Part shown: piece after piece, positions 30,737 to 43,965 of the stretch
Layout: each line of letters starts with the position of its first letter
How positions within the stretch are numbered: position 1 is the first letter of the stretch
Source of the DNA: Octopus vulgaris
Taxonomy: Eukaryota
Length of the DNA: 64,000 bases
Direction of reading: 5' to 3'
Assembly: GCA_951406725.2 (NCBI GenBank)
Contig: OX597814.1
Coordinates: 91,822,001-91,886,000 of the forward strand
Notes under the pieces: generated by a model
Told to the model about the DNA's origin: nothing
The model's input: only the letters and a program-made list of their open reading frames with translations
Database searches by the model: none
Made by a program: the position numbers and the translations under genes

Positions 30737-32329
30737 CTCGTTCTATTTTATATATATATAAAACACTCGTTCTATTTTTGTTCCCATACAGATGTATACA
30801 AATATGTGTTTACTAATGATGTACGAGTATCTTTTACGAGCAACTTCTCATGCGTAAATCATAACTGAAAAACATTTGTTATCCTTCCTGATAATCACTA
30901 TTTTGACCCATATGAATAATCCTTTATTTATTCATTTTTACTTCAATGTGCCTCTATTCAATTGTATATTCATTTCTCCTTTGCTCACGCGTTTATGCTT
31001 TTGCTTGTATTAAATGTATCAAGTAAATTTAAAGGATATATAACTAGCATCCATATTTTAAATTTTTATGTATATTAACATCGTAACGGTTCGGTAAATA
31101 TATTCTAAACTTTACTATGCTACATCTTTTATTCGTAGCATGAATTCGGATAAATTGCAGGCTTCAGTTTCTGTCCAATTTCTCAATGCCATTTTCCTCA
31201 AGCCACATATATTCTGATGCTTTCATCATTGATTCCTTTTCTACTGTCATCCAATTTATCACTACAGGAGATGTTTTATTCAGATCAGTTCTTTCGGTTT
31301 TTTTAAACATGTTTTCATTCTTTCTTTAATGGAATCTTCTTTATAATATATTCCATTTATTTTAACAAAGATGAATGTATACAGTTATTCGTGTTACAGT
31401 CTACTTCAGTGATAGAATTAAAGTAGTGATTGAAATATTATCTTGAATCAGAATTAGATCGAAGCACTTGGTAGGGAAGAAATGATTAATTTTAGAGAAC
31501 TTCCGAGCATTAGCATAGTGAAAAATTACTACTGCTTTCAACTACCTAAAAATACATGTAATGAATCCTATGAGTTAAAAATATAGTTGACATGAAATTA
31601 ATTTGTGCAAGTAACAGGATATGAGTAACCTACCCTTGCTTAGTTAGCTACCGCAATACCAACATTCTTGCTTAATATTGAATTCAGTTGTTAAACGATA
31701 GTGCGAAAAATTCCTAATTCATGATTTTCATTGTAGGAAACATTCCAAAATGAATATCCAGGTCATCCTTTCAATACGCCGGCCAGATTTCTGACATTTG
31801 GTCATAAAACAATGTATGAAACGATTGTAGAAGAATTGTTCCGCAGTTTTATGAGTGCAGCAAATTGGCTATTCTGTCGATTCTCTTCAACAATAACCCG
31901 GAAAGATTTTTCTTTTATCGATTGCATATAATGAAGTATTTCTAAATATTTATAGTTTGTATTTATATTTTGTGATATGATCGTCAACGTTTTACTGACT
32001 GACAATGTTAAGATCTGAATGATTATTGTGTGTTGTTATTTCGTGATAATCGAGTTTGGTCTCCATTATATCTTTGTATGTTATCGAATCCCTTGTGATA
32101 CTAATAAGCGCTATCACAGTCACATTATTGGTGCTTTCATTACCGCCATTGACACGATGGAACTAAAAACGTGGTCCTTTACAATATTTGCGAACTCGAT
32201 GCAGCTTGATATTGGACTCCTGTTGCTCAAGGGATATTCTGACATTAGTTGTAATAGTTCTATGATTACACGTTTTCAATTTGAATCTAAGTTTTACTGC
32301 AGCCTTCCAAACGTTTTACTGACACAGAC

Positions 32330-32685
32330 GCCGGCGACGCTATGTGCGAAGAAGCTTGCTTCCCAGCCACATAGTTCCGGATTCAGTCCCACTGCGTGGA
32401 AACTTGGGCATGTGTCTTCAACTATAGCTTTGGCCAACCAAAGCTTTGTGAGTGGATTTGATAGCCGGAAACTGACACTAGCATCTCTTTATCGCTTGAC
32501 TACCACTTGGCATCAGGTATTGCTGTGTTTACGTGCTCGTTACTTAGCGGTTTGGCAAAATAAACCGACAGAAAAAGTACCAGTCTTAAATGAATCACTG
32601 GGGTCGATTCACTCGACTTAAATACCCCAAGGCAGTGCGCCAATATGGCTACAGCCCAATAACTGAAACAAAGAAACGAAAATAT
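32330..32685 (+). mobile_element. SINE family A, diverged
   Basis: agcttgcttcccagccacatagttccggattcagtcccactgcgtgg...taactgaaacaaag. Confidence 0.8.
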
Positions 32686-34146
32686 AAATCTATTTGCTAA
32701 CACCTCATATTGGCCAATTGCATTCTATCCACTGACATTTCTAAATATGAGAAATTCACCAACATTTAAGTTTTCCTTTGTGGTTTATGCATATATCTCG
32801 AACTCTTTACCTCATACCTAAGAGACGAAATGTCTCACGTACACTTGATGAAAGCAAGTATTTCATATAGTTAACTATTTAAGTTTATTTCAACTCATAA
32901 GTATTCATTACATTCTCGCCTAAGATCTATAAAATCTTTAATCGACTACAGTATTAAATTTTATGTAAACTTTAAGTATAAAACTTTAATATGGCTTCAA
33001 TGGGACTGGACTCGATGAATAATTTGGCCGTAACAACGTACCACGTACATTGTGTTTTTACGATATATCGATTGTAATATCATGTTTACTGCTACCAAAT
33101 GATGATCGCCTTGGACGTTATAGGAGATTAGTCTACTTTGAATTTCATTCACACGTAATTGTATATCTTTCTATTTCTGTATATAAATTAATTGAATGTC
33201 GACTATCCTTTTCTGTTCATTCCATATGTTTTTTAACAACTCCGCAGAAATTCGATGTTAATAAATAATATTTCTGGGTAATTAAAGAAAAGGGAGAAGA
33301 AACATGAAAAACTCCATATATAAATTACACGGAATGTTTACCATGCGGAATATCTAAATATTTCGGTGACTATTCAGCTCATTAGCTGTTGTTGAAATAG
33401 ATAACAGTCATATGTTAAGCCATTCATCATACGATTATATGCAATATCCAAAATAAAGACAAACTTTTTAAACAGCACCCCACTCGCTCTATGTAATATG
33501 CAAGCAGTCGCAGTGCTATATATGGGTGATTGATTTTAATCCTAACAATAACCGCGTCATGTCTTATTTAGTTTACTATGTGATTTATCGCAACTGCGAT
33601 AATGAAGATTCTGGAAGAGCAAAATGTTAACTGTAAATTCTCTTTCAAATTGGAGAATATTTTACTATGCTATTTCTGATGGTGAAAGAGACCTGCAGGA
33701 AGAAACGTTTGACCTACAATATCCGGAAACAAAAGACAACCGCTGAAATCGATCCCAAGTTAGGACGCCCTTCCATGAGAAGGATCGGCATTCACGTTAC
33801 AAAAAGACATCTTGTAATCAGTGTAATTCATTGCCTCACTGTCCGGATGATTTGCATTGGTGTCCTTCTTTATAATATCACCTAACTTCTTGCCTTAACC
33901 CACCGCACAGTCTTATCTCATCTCTGTAGTAGTAGTTATAGAATTGCATGCAGTACATGAAGCTCTGTGCATGTGTTTTTAATTTCATAATCTTTGCACA
34001 GTGGGGAGATACCAATCATTATCCTAACTAAATCGGGCTCTAAACATGTTTATGTCTACATTGCGTGATAAAGCTGAGTTATTGTGAACCACATACTGAG
34101 AGACCATTGGTTTTGTATTGAAGGGGTGGGAGCGGAGTCGTTGAAA

Positions 34147-34330
34147 TTTCGAACATCAATGAACAAATAAAATAATTTGCCATCCGTGTTTGAAAAATTA
34201 TAGTGTATAGATATAATATGTGCTGTCTTCAATGTTCCATAAATATATATTAATTGTAGCGCCCTTGCTCATGAGAATACGGATGGCAAATTATTTTATT
34301 TGTTGAGTGATGCTCGAAACCTAGGTTCAT
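34147..34330. repeat. Short inverted repeat (44-bp arms) overlapping a degenerate hammerhead-like motif
   Basis: 34147-34190 versus 34276-34319; + strand ttg-CTCATGA-gaata..tgctc-GAAAC-ctag-GTT-cat. Confidence 0.55.
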
Positions 34331-34536
34331 GTGGTAACTATTGAAAATGTTTTTGATTTTTCATCCCCTTCGAAATTACTCTTAACCGTGGTTTGGGCTT
34401 TGACTGCTCCGTTTATCATGTAAGGTGTCCTGTTAGGCACACCTTTTTTGTGTATAAATATACACTAATTTTATATGAAAAATATGTTTTTATTGACTCT
34501 TTTATGCATGCTAGCCATTTTCCTATCCTATACACG

Positions 34537-34576
<40 letters not shown>

Positions 34577-34626
34577 TATATATATATATATATATTCCGA
34601 AGTGTACAGCTCTATATTCCTATTAG

Positions 34627-34713
34627 GGCCGATGTTACCAATGTTTCGCACCAGGGATTTACTGAGTTCGGTAACAATCCGATTATGTAACCCTGCATTC
34701 ATCAGAGTCAGCC
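34627..34713 (-). ncRNA. Hammerhead-like motif with extended stem II
   Basis: Reverse complement ggctgact-CTGATGA-atgcaggg..ccctggtgc-GAAAC-attg-GTA-acatcggcc; core intact, stems imperfect. Confidence 0.5.
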
Positions 34714-34740
34714 GATATGGAATAAAATACGGCGACTGCT

Positions 34741-34978
<238 letters not shown>

Positions 34979-35363
34979 GAGATTGGTCACCTCGAAAGTT
35001 CGTTGGTGGTAAGTTGTTCAATTTTAATAATACAGCTTCCACGAATCTTCGAAATCATTCTCTCATAAAAGTTTTATTCTTTTCTCTGTACACGCATAAT
35101 TAGTTCCTTCTTCAGAGAATGCCTGTTGATTACAGTGTTATTTGTAAAATATCTCCATGCCCACTATTCTGTAAAATTATTCAGTCTATTCCCATGTTAC
35201 TATTTTGGTAGGTATTATCCGCATGCGGTATATTATTTCTAATTTTAGTTTTAAATCAATTATGACATATATATATGACATAAGTATCACTTTTATCATA
35301 CTGGTATGAAGCCTCTTAATTGTTTGAATTGATATTTCAAAATGGTCATATATACGAAAACTA

Positions 35364-35580
35364 CTAGGGGATGCTGAAATATTCCTGGCTTTAAGAGTAT
35401 CGCGAAGGGCTAGTTCGAAGCCCAAAATTTCAAGTACTATTACAGAGCTTAGAAAAACTGAAGGACCACTGCAATAAGTGTGTGAATCTGAAAGAGTAAA
35501 TTTTTTGAATAAAATCATAATTAACTAATAATCGTGTATTTTCTTTTATCGAATGCTAGGAACTTTTCAGCACCCCCTCG
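35364..35580. mobile_element. Mariner-derived MITE
   Basis: TIR ctaggggatgctgaaatattcctggc versus reverse complement cgagggggtgctgaaaagttcctagc; TA on both flanks; internal sequence recurs at 63877-64000. Confidence 0.8.
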
Positions 35581-35587
35581 TATTAAA

Positions 35588-35887
35588 TGGCATTCCGTCG
35601 GTAAAGACGACGTGGGTTCTGGTTGATCTGATCAACGCAACATACTCTTCGGGAAATTAAGGTGCAAGTGACTGAACATTCCACGGAGACCCGTGCCCCT
35701 AACGCAATTCAGCATGACACAGAATGTGACAAGTCGGCTCTTCGAATTACAGATACATTTCATTTTTGCCAGCTGAGTGCACTGAAGCAACGTGAAATAA
35801 AGTGTTTTGCTCAAAGACACAACGTGCTGCCGGGATTCGAGCTCACGACTTTACGATTGTGAGCTGATTGCCGTAACCACTAAGCTT
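35588..35887 (-). mobile_element. tRNA-derived SINE, family C
   Basis: Reverse-complement head gcttagtggtta...gagctcgaatcccgg (A/B boxes); tail cgtcgtctttaccgacggaatgcc resembles the RTE tail near 3865-3890 (accgacgg). Confidence 0.75.
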
Positions 35888-36191
35888 TTCCCCCATTACT
35901 TTTGAACCGATCCATCAAAAAGCTCGAAAAGCTGATGAACTATAACACCACCATCCTATATGTCATATTCTATTTCAGAAAATATCCGACTAGATAGCGA
36001 CTGATTCTGGAAGGAAAAGCTTCCGTGGATCACTGGACCATCCGCTTTCATGGAATAATATGAAGGAATTTATATCTAAATCTCGTTTTGAATTCTACAT
36101 TTGGATTCTACTTTTTGTTGAAAGCTATATTTACAAATTAACATCGATTAGATGTTTCATTCACTAACAATATTTTACAATGATATTAAGT

Positions 36192-36400
36192 TGGTGAGCA
36201 GGCCGAACCGTTAGCACGCAGGGCAAACTGATAGGGGCTATTTCTTTAGTCTTCATGTTCTGAGGTGAAATTCGGCCGACATCAACTTTACCTTTCATTC
36301 TTTCGGGACAGATAAGGTAAGCAGCAGTACAGCACTGGCGTCGATTGAATCGGCTCCCCACACCACCACCAGAACTTGTTGGCCTTCTACTAACATTTGT
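36192..36400 (+). mobile_element. SINE family B, diverged
   Basis: ggtgagcaggccgaaccgttagcacgc...aactttacctttcattctttcggg. Confidence 0.7.
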
Positions 36401-38599
36401 ATACAATATTTTATGAAGATATATGGAAAATATAACTTAATGTCTGTTAAGATAAAAGAACACGGAATTCTGTCTGAGATTTTTGATAAAGAAATGTTAT
36501 TAAAGAATAGTTCGAAGCTTATTGTTCTTAGATTATGTATGATAGTAGTCGCTGTTGTATGTTTCTTCATGTTAGATGATCACTTTGTGCTGTTGCCGCC
36601 GCCATCCTTTGTTTTCGTCTTGTCACAGCTCTGTGGTCAGCTGCTCGTTTTGCTATTGTCTGCTGACCGCCTTGTCTGTGTCCTGTCTGCTATCTGCAGG
36701 AAAATTCATTTTATTATATTGACATAATAGGCTGTATATAAATTTGTAAAATACTCTGCTTTGATTTAAGAGTGGGCAGGCACAAATAATATGATTAAGT
36801 GTTGAACAAAAAAACAACTATTTTCTCAACATTATTTGCTTTTAGCGTGCTTTTTAAGTGTTTTGGAGCTTCCTAGCTGGAATGTTATGAGATCCAGCGC
36901 AACAAAGCACCTTTACAAGTTTGCCTAATTTCGTGTCAATAGTTTTATCAGCCATTGACCATGTAATGCCTTTCCTTGGCAACACCTTTCTCATACTTCA
37001 CTTCAATTTTTAATTCTATGAAGTTTCTGTTCTACTTTATCCACGTTACTAGCATCATAAAGATATATTTTATGATATAAGGTAATATAGTTATATTTCA
37101 TTGTCACCTTTTCATACTTGAGTGTAGTAATTTATCCAGCTCATTAATTTTTATATATCAAATATTTTATCGTCTTCTGTTTTGCTATCTAATACGATAC
37201 TGGTGTTTTTGTATTTATTTCAAATCCTTCAAGTATAATGAGTGCATCTTTTCTAAATTGAAATTCCTGTCAATTTTAATATTGAAGATGAAAACATTTA
37301 CTGTATACTTGAAATATAATATTAAGCTTGTCAATAAAACTGGAGTATATAACAATGATACTATAGTTGATATAAAAACCCTTCTCTGGGGCATTGGAGT
37401 ATTTCAAAATATTGTAATTACATTCATGAGTAATTCAATCACGATTGAATGACAGAGCTTATTTTGATCAATAAATACACATACAAGTTTTTTGCGTGCT
37501 TTTGTAGTATATCGACCTCCTTATTAATGAGAAGTAAATCAATAACGTCCTGTAGGACTTGGACATGGGTAGGGATCTACAGAAAGTATTGTTCCTTGAA
37601 TACCTTATTATTTCTACAGGACAGTAATGTATAGAGTGGTTTTTAACTTATAAATTTTCACCAAAATAAATGCTAGGTTATAAAAGGTTATTAGGTAAAA
37701 CGAGAAACATTTATACTCGTTGATATATTTTTTTAGAAAATTTCAAATTGCCGACGTTATTCTAAGATAGTCTCAAACAATTACCTACAATTAAGCATTA
37801 TAAATGAATTTTCAGTTTATCAATTGATAGTCCTGTAATCAGCTATTAATTTTGTTATACCTCATTATCGATCCAAAATGGATTTTGCAAACTCGGTTTT
37901 AGTGCAATATATATCGTACCAACGTCTATATTGTTATTGTTTAATCAATGCTCTGTAAACCATTGTTACGCTCATTTACAGAAATATCAGATATTTTACT
38001 CTAAATTTTAAGGCGGATATTCTTATATTCTCTATTTGACAATATATCTTGTTTGCACTTATTTATTTCCCACAAAAATAATTACATATTATCATCAACC
38101 TCGCCTGCGTATTTAAAGTAGTTTTGTAACCATTTATTTTATGTTAATTTTTCACTATATTGACCATGCATGACACACATGATATAATGTTAAATATATA
38201 GCAATGATAATTAAATTACTTTTGTTATTATAAATTTGACTGATTTTGCGCAATTGCAACTATGAAAGTGCGGGGAAAAATTATTTAGTTTAAAAAAATA
38301 ATAATAAATATGAAAAAGGAAGGGAAATGTTTAACATATATTCCCTAAGAAATATCCATTACGCCAATAGGCCAACTCTAAAAACTTAGCCTTGCTTCTA
38401 GGGATTCTCATTTACATAATAATTGAAAAACTTTTTGAAGATGGCCACTGAAATAGAAGTGTTAGTGCGGTGCATTAGCAACATCTAAATAAATCATGTA
38501 AAATACCAAACGTGAAGCAACAGAAATTGTCTGTTGGGTGCACGTAACAAAAGATGCAGTCCAGCAAGAAAGAATTTGGTTAATGGCCAAGCACGACGG

Positions 38600-40365
38600 T
38601 CGTGTAATTTGTGATTCTAAACAGTAGAGAACGTTGTTACGACAGCATCCCGCTTGCTGAACTGATTTCGGAAAGCAGTGGTCTTGATATAGTAGGTTCT
38701 CGCGTCTATCTCGGCAGTTTGCAGCGGCTATCGGAAAGGGAACTTGAGTTGTGCGAGAAGCCGATTATAGCTGATAGACTAACAAATGCCAGAGCTGCTG
38801 TGTGCAAGGTAAAATTAAAGGATTGTATTATCTTCACTATAACCTCTACTTCCGCGTGCTTGATTTTCCCACTCTTGTTTTGGCAAATGTCTACTGCAGC
38901 TGACAAGATACTAGGAAAAGCATGTCTCCAACAGATAAACACGATCCAATGGGGAATATGGTGACACTGCTGAAGAAGAACCTGAACAAAAGGTTGGGAC
39001 TGAAAAGTTCAGATTCATGATTTTGATAAACACAAAGTAAAAGATTTCAGCAAAGGTGGCTGTCACTTATTGGTTATGTAGTAGGAGATGTGCAAACATG
39101 GGCGATACTCGGCAGGTCTATTCACGACAACCTCCATCATAGAGCGTCAAACAGATCTACACTTTGCGAGGCACTGGTCAATTTGTACTGGTCCAAAGCA
39201 TTTGGCAAGGTTGTATATCGCTAGAGGCAACTAATCTGTGGTCAAATTAAACAACTGTCTCAATTAAACTCGGTCTGCTCAGGATTTTCCCTCTCTTTTA
39301 TAATGTGGCTCTGGAACCTTTACGGCAGCGGATAGAAAGTTTGATCGGAACCTGTATACACAGACGACGTCGCTTCCATGCGTTCGAATACTTCGGATAC
39401 AGAAATGATCATATTATATGGAGAAAATAATAGTAATGTATAGGTCCATACACAAACAGGAACAAGCTCGAGACTCGTCTATGTTATCTAGTAGCAATTC
39501 CTGTCGTTAGACTGGACAATCGGTGAAATTTATCAGAATCTGGGTAGATTAGTCTCTTCTGAAGGAGTTCCAGATTGGGAACTATAGACAACTCTTCAAA
39601 GTCCTTTGCATGACAGTATTACCGTGAGGGTGTTTATCTGCTGGAGACATGCTTTTCACACATGGGAGCGCCAACGGTCAAACCTGTCCGAGACGAGTGC
39701 AGGGGTACGAAAACCTTCTGCACTGCATCATTCAGTGTCCGTTTACTAGTGATTTGCAGATTTGTGTGGAACGGCTGCTGTCATACGTAGCACGAAACCC
39801 GGTGTTCGCTGGATGTGTAGTAGAAATCGACGCGCCAACGTCCTTTGGGAAGTAAGGGAGATAACTCTTTCTTTGCTTCGTAGCTGTTTCAATAAAGGTT
39901 GTTGTGGACTCGTCAAAAAATATTTGAAGACAGGTACTTTACCTCTCTCACCATCTTCTCGAAATACTACTTGACGAAGACGGTGAAGCTGAAGAGAGGG
40001 GCACTGCCTTCTAGTGTGTTTGCCGAACACTATATGAAAACGGATACACTAGTGAGTCAAAGAGGGCCTACCATTGTGTATTTTCCTATGTAACAGTAAA
40101 GACAACTGAGAGTGGGCATCTTCGACTTTATGGGAACAACTGAGCTATGGAAATTAATTTGCATGAGATTTTCCCCGAGTTGCTCGAGGTGAAACGCCCT
40201 GATATTTGAGGAATTATTATTTTATTAAATTATATTCTTATATATTTTACCATACCCATATTGTTGTTGATTCCACTTCGATCGGTGTTAACCCCACATT
40301 CTGTGTTGCGATTTGTCCTGTCTTATTGTCCACAATATTTTGAGACACTGTGGCCAATAAAAATT
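38600..40365 (+). mobile_element. Degenerate L1/Tx1-like LINE (RT to 3' end), related to 10540-11433
   Basis: LQRLSERELELCEKPI; WSKAFGKV; SPLFYNVALEPLRQRI; YTDDVA; TCPRRVQGYENLLHCIIQCP..VERLLS; ends gtggccaataaaa. Confidence 0.75.
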
Positions 40366-40373
40366 ATTATTAT

Positions 40374-40428
<55 letters not shown>

Positions 40429-40549
40429 TGTAGTGGTGGTGGTGGTGGTGGTGGTGGTGGTGGTGGTGGCGGTGGTAGTGGTGGTGGTGATGGTGGTGGT
40501 GATGGTGGTAGTAGTAGTAGCATAAATAATAATGATGATGGTGATGATT

Positions 40550-40643
<94 letters not shown>
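40374..40643. repeat. Compound (AGT)n-(GGT)n-(AAT)n microsatellite
   Basis: Direct reading; explains the poly-S/G/N ORF. Confidence 0.95.
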
Positions 40644-40644
<1 letters not shown>

Positions 40645-40849
40645 TTGCTTGTCATTTGTTTGACCTTAACCAGTTGAGCATGTGGCTGAGGATATGTGCA
40701 TCTCTGATCACGAGCAAAAGTAGTGGCGGAACATAATAGCCATGTGTTGAGAGGAATTCTTCGGAGTTTGAATGCTTCACCTCTGGGAACATGGGTGTTT
40801 CATTCAACATCCTTAAACAACCCATATTCAAGGACTAATTCAGCGACCA

Positions 40850-41262
40850 TGAAGGACTATTCAGAGATCATGAAGACAAAAAATGCTTTCTAATTGATGT
40901 ATCAATACCGGCAGATGACAAGGCGTCTCTAAAAGAAATGGAGAAACTTTGAAAATACAAAGACCTGGAAACAGAGGTAACCAGAATGTGGAATCTAAAA
41001 ACAGAAACAATTCCTATCATAGTAGGTGCATTAGGCATGATAAAAAAATATTCAGACAAATACATAACAAAAACACCAGGACTTACAAACACATATAACA
41101 TACAGAAAATTGCACTACTAGGCACTGCACACATCCTACGCAGAACACTTTCCATACAATAACCATCAGAGCATCACAACAAATCACAGCACATAACTGT
41201 GCGACAGGCATACAGAGCTGCGCTCGGTAGTGAAGTGAAAGCACGCCATAAAAATGAAACTA

Positions 41263-41267
<5 letters not shown>
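40850..41267 (+). mobile_element. R4/Dong-like non-LTR retrotransposon 3' fragment, family 2
   Basis: DHEDKKCFLIDVSIP..KEMEKL*KYKDLETEVTRMWNLKTETIPIIVGALGMIKK..IQKIALLGTAHILRRTLSIQ*, homologous to the end of ORF 41330-42478 but with a different 3' UTR; runs into (TAA)n. Confidence 0.85.

Positions 41268-41331
<64 letters not shown>
41267..41331. repeat. (TAA)n microsatellite between the two Dong-like copies
   Basis: Direct reading. Confidence 0.95.
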
Positions 41332-41332
<1 letters not shown>

Positions 41333-42478
41333 GAACTCCAACGCTTGGACAGGAAGACAAGAAAGTTACTGACATCCAAGAGCATGCACCACCCTAAGGC
41401 AGATGTAGACCGCTTGTACCTACCTAGAAGCAGCGGGGGGAGAGGAATGATGCAATTAGAGCTGTGCTATAAGACCTCTACTGTAGGAATGAACATGTAC
41501 CTAACTAGTACAAAGGACTGGATGCTGCGACTTGTGTGCGAACACGAAAGCAGCAAAAAGCTGCATTCTATTGTCAAGGAAGCTTATAAGTTCGAAAGGG
41601 AACTAGACATTAACCTTGAATCAGATGAAGAGCCGGAAACCACTGCTACCAAGCAAGCAAAGCGAATCAAGCAGACTGCAAAACAGAACGGGCAGAATCA
41701 AATTGAGAGGCGGTGGAGCCAGAAGCCCCTGCATGGACAATATATTCTCCGAAGCCAAAATGCTGATGTAGACCAAGCAACAACCCATCAGTGGCTGAAG
41801 AGCTCTGTATTGAAAGCAGAGACTGAAGGTTTCATAATGGCAGCACAAGATCAAAGCTTGTTTACCAGAAATTACCAGGCTAACGTTCTCCGAAACGGTA
41901 CTGACCCTAAATGCAGATTCTGCGACACATTTGACGAAACGATAGACCATCTCGTTTCGGGATGTCCTGTGCTGACACCAAACGAATACAAAAATCGCCA
42001 CGATAGGGTAGGACAGTATATACATTGGAAGTTATGTAAACACTACAAATCCGACACTCCTGCTAACTGGTATGAACACCATCCTCAGCCAGTTGTTGAA
42101 GGTAAAGATGTCACCATCCTCTGGGATTTTCCAGTCAACACGGACAGAACGATCAAGGCTAATCGACCAGACATAATTGTTAAAGACAGGGAAGAAAATA
42201 CCTGCAGACTAATAGAAGTAACTGTCCCCACTGATAAAAATGTATCTGTCAAGGAATTTGACAAACTTAGTAAATATAAGGACCTGGAAATCGAAATACA
42301 GAGGATGTGGAATCTTAAAACAAAAACTGTTCCTGTTATTGTAGGTGCCCTAGGTATGATAAAAAAGGGATGTCAGAAACACCTAGACAATATCCCTGGA
42401 AAACCATGTCTCAAGGAAATCCAAAAGATTGTGCTAACAAGTACTGCCCACATCCTTAGAAAAACCCTATCGATGTAA
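41330..42478 (+). CDS. 5'-truncated R4/Dong-clade non-LTR retrotransposon ORF (post-RT region, CCHC knuckle, restriction-like endonuclease)
   Basis: Open 382 aa: HPKADVDRLYLPRSSGGRG, CRFC..ETIDHLVSGC, RHDRV, ILWDF, NRPDII..LIEVTVP..K..KY (PD-(D/E)xK). RT core absent; the ATG is created at the (TAA)n junction. Confidence 0.9.
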
Positions 42479-42662
42479 ATGTTTGTGTTTGCATTACATG
42501 GAGATATATCTCCACTTCCCCTCCCCAAGCTTTCAGCTATATTTCAACAACTCTTAACCTTCACTTGCCCTAGGGCGCTGGGTGTGCCCCGGCAGGTGAT
42601 TGCATCAAACATGCAGATTAAAAATAAATGACAATGACAATAATAATAATAATAATAATAAT
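41332..42662 (+). mobile_element. R4/Dong-like element family 1, including 3' UTR
   Basis: ORF plus ~150-nt 3' UTR with a GC-rich hairpin (tcacttgcc...ggcaggtga), ending in (AAT)n. Confidence 0.85.
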
Positions 42663-43199
42663 AGCAACAACAACAATATGAACAACAATAGCATCAAAAA
42701 CAAAAACTGTTACATTGTTGTCACTGACGTTGTGTTGTTATCTCCGGAATTATAAGGGTGTAACATCGACTCACTATATTACAACGTCATTCATTATATG
42801 AACTAGCAAAAGTTGAAAATTCTAATGTTAATGATGTTTGATATTCATGACGAAAACAGAAGCAAAAAAAAACAGTCAGTATTTCTTTGATTAGGTAGGA
42901 CAGACTTACTTTTCTTTCACCAGTTGAAAGTATTTTTATTTTTTATTAAATATCAAGAATCTTGACGTTTGGGAAATGATGAAAATTGTTAATCCATGGC
43001 GACAGACATAAAATCGTTAACGGTAAAACTGCCAGCTGCTCTGAAAAGATTTGCCAAGGTGAAAATGACATTTCTGAGGATTTTTTTCAGAAATATAGTA
43101 TAGTTTTTATTCTGATAAACTAAGACTATAGTACAAACACAGTAGTGAAGGTTTAAAACGGCGCTGTTAGAAGCTACAATAATGATGGTAATATCCTTT

Positions 43200-43325
43200 T
43201 CTACTCGAGGTAGGAGGTCTGAATGTTTTGGGGAGGGGGCCAGACGATTAGATCGACTCCAGTACGCAACTGTTACATAATTTGTCGACCCCGAAAAGAT
43301 GAAAGGCAAAGTCGACCTCAGTGGA
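43200..43325 (-). mobile_element. SINE family B fragment
   Basis: tcgaccccgaaaagatgaaaggcaaagtcgacctc. Confidence 0.75.
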
Positions 43326-43875
43326 TAATGATGGTAACATTAGCAAGAGTAACAGCAGAATCAGTTCCAGCAACAGTTACAATAATGACAAAGAGGCAAA
43401 AAAAAAAGATATCAAGTGAAAGATGGAAAAAGTAAAACTTGGTTCTCCTATATGCTAATTGCATTTACACCCCTGTAGAATACTGTTTAAAAAAATGTTT
43501 TGCATGAAAATCATAACTAATTCCTGCTCTAATTCAGAAAATATGTCTCGGATGCATATCTGAGGAATCGTTCAAAACCAGTTTCATACGATACTTATTT
43601 ATCTTTGGTTATAACGATTCTGCCAGAAATGTTTCAGATTCTACGGAAAAATAACATTAATTCAGGTTAAAATGTGATTCAGCTAGGGGAAAATTTTCAG
43701 TATGAAACGGTAAATATTAACTCAGTTTCACCAAATAGAGTGTCCTTTTAAACAGTGTGTAATATTTTGAGCCCATGATGGAAATTTCAATTTATGTTGA
43801 CAAATTTCTTTAATATCTGATGCTCCGAACATACTATCAGTGAAGATTTTATTTTCATAACTTTCTTCTTTACAT

Positions 43876-43965
43876 TCGGAGTTAAATTTCCTCTGGGGTT
43901 AAGTTCAATTTTCCTCATTTCGGGGTCGATGTAAACGTCTAGACCTATCCTTTCGAATTTCCGAC
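43876..43965 (+). mobile_element. SINE family B fragment, diverged
   Basis: tcggagttaaatttcctctgggg...tttcggggtcgat. Confidence 0.45.

Noticed and set aside
32019-32621. 200-aa ORF
   Set aside because: Second half is read-through of a family-A SINE; no domain in the first half.
40644-40845. Segment between (AAT)n and the Dong family 2 fragment
   Set aside because: Looks repeat-derived but I could not assign a protein or family from this window alone.
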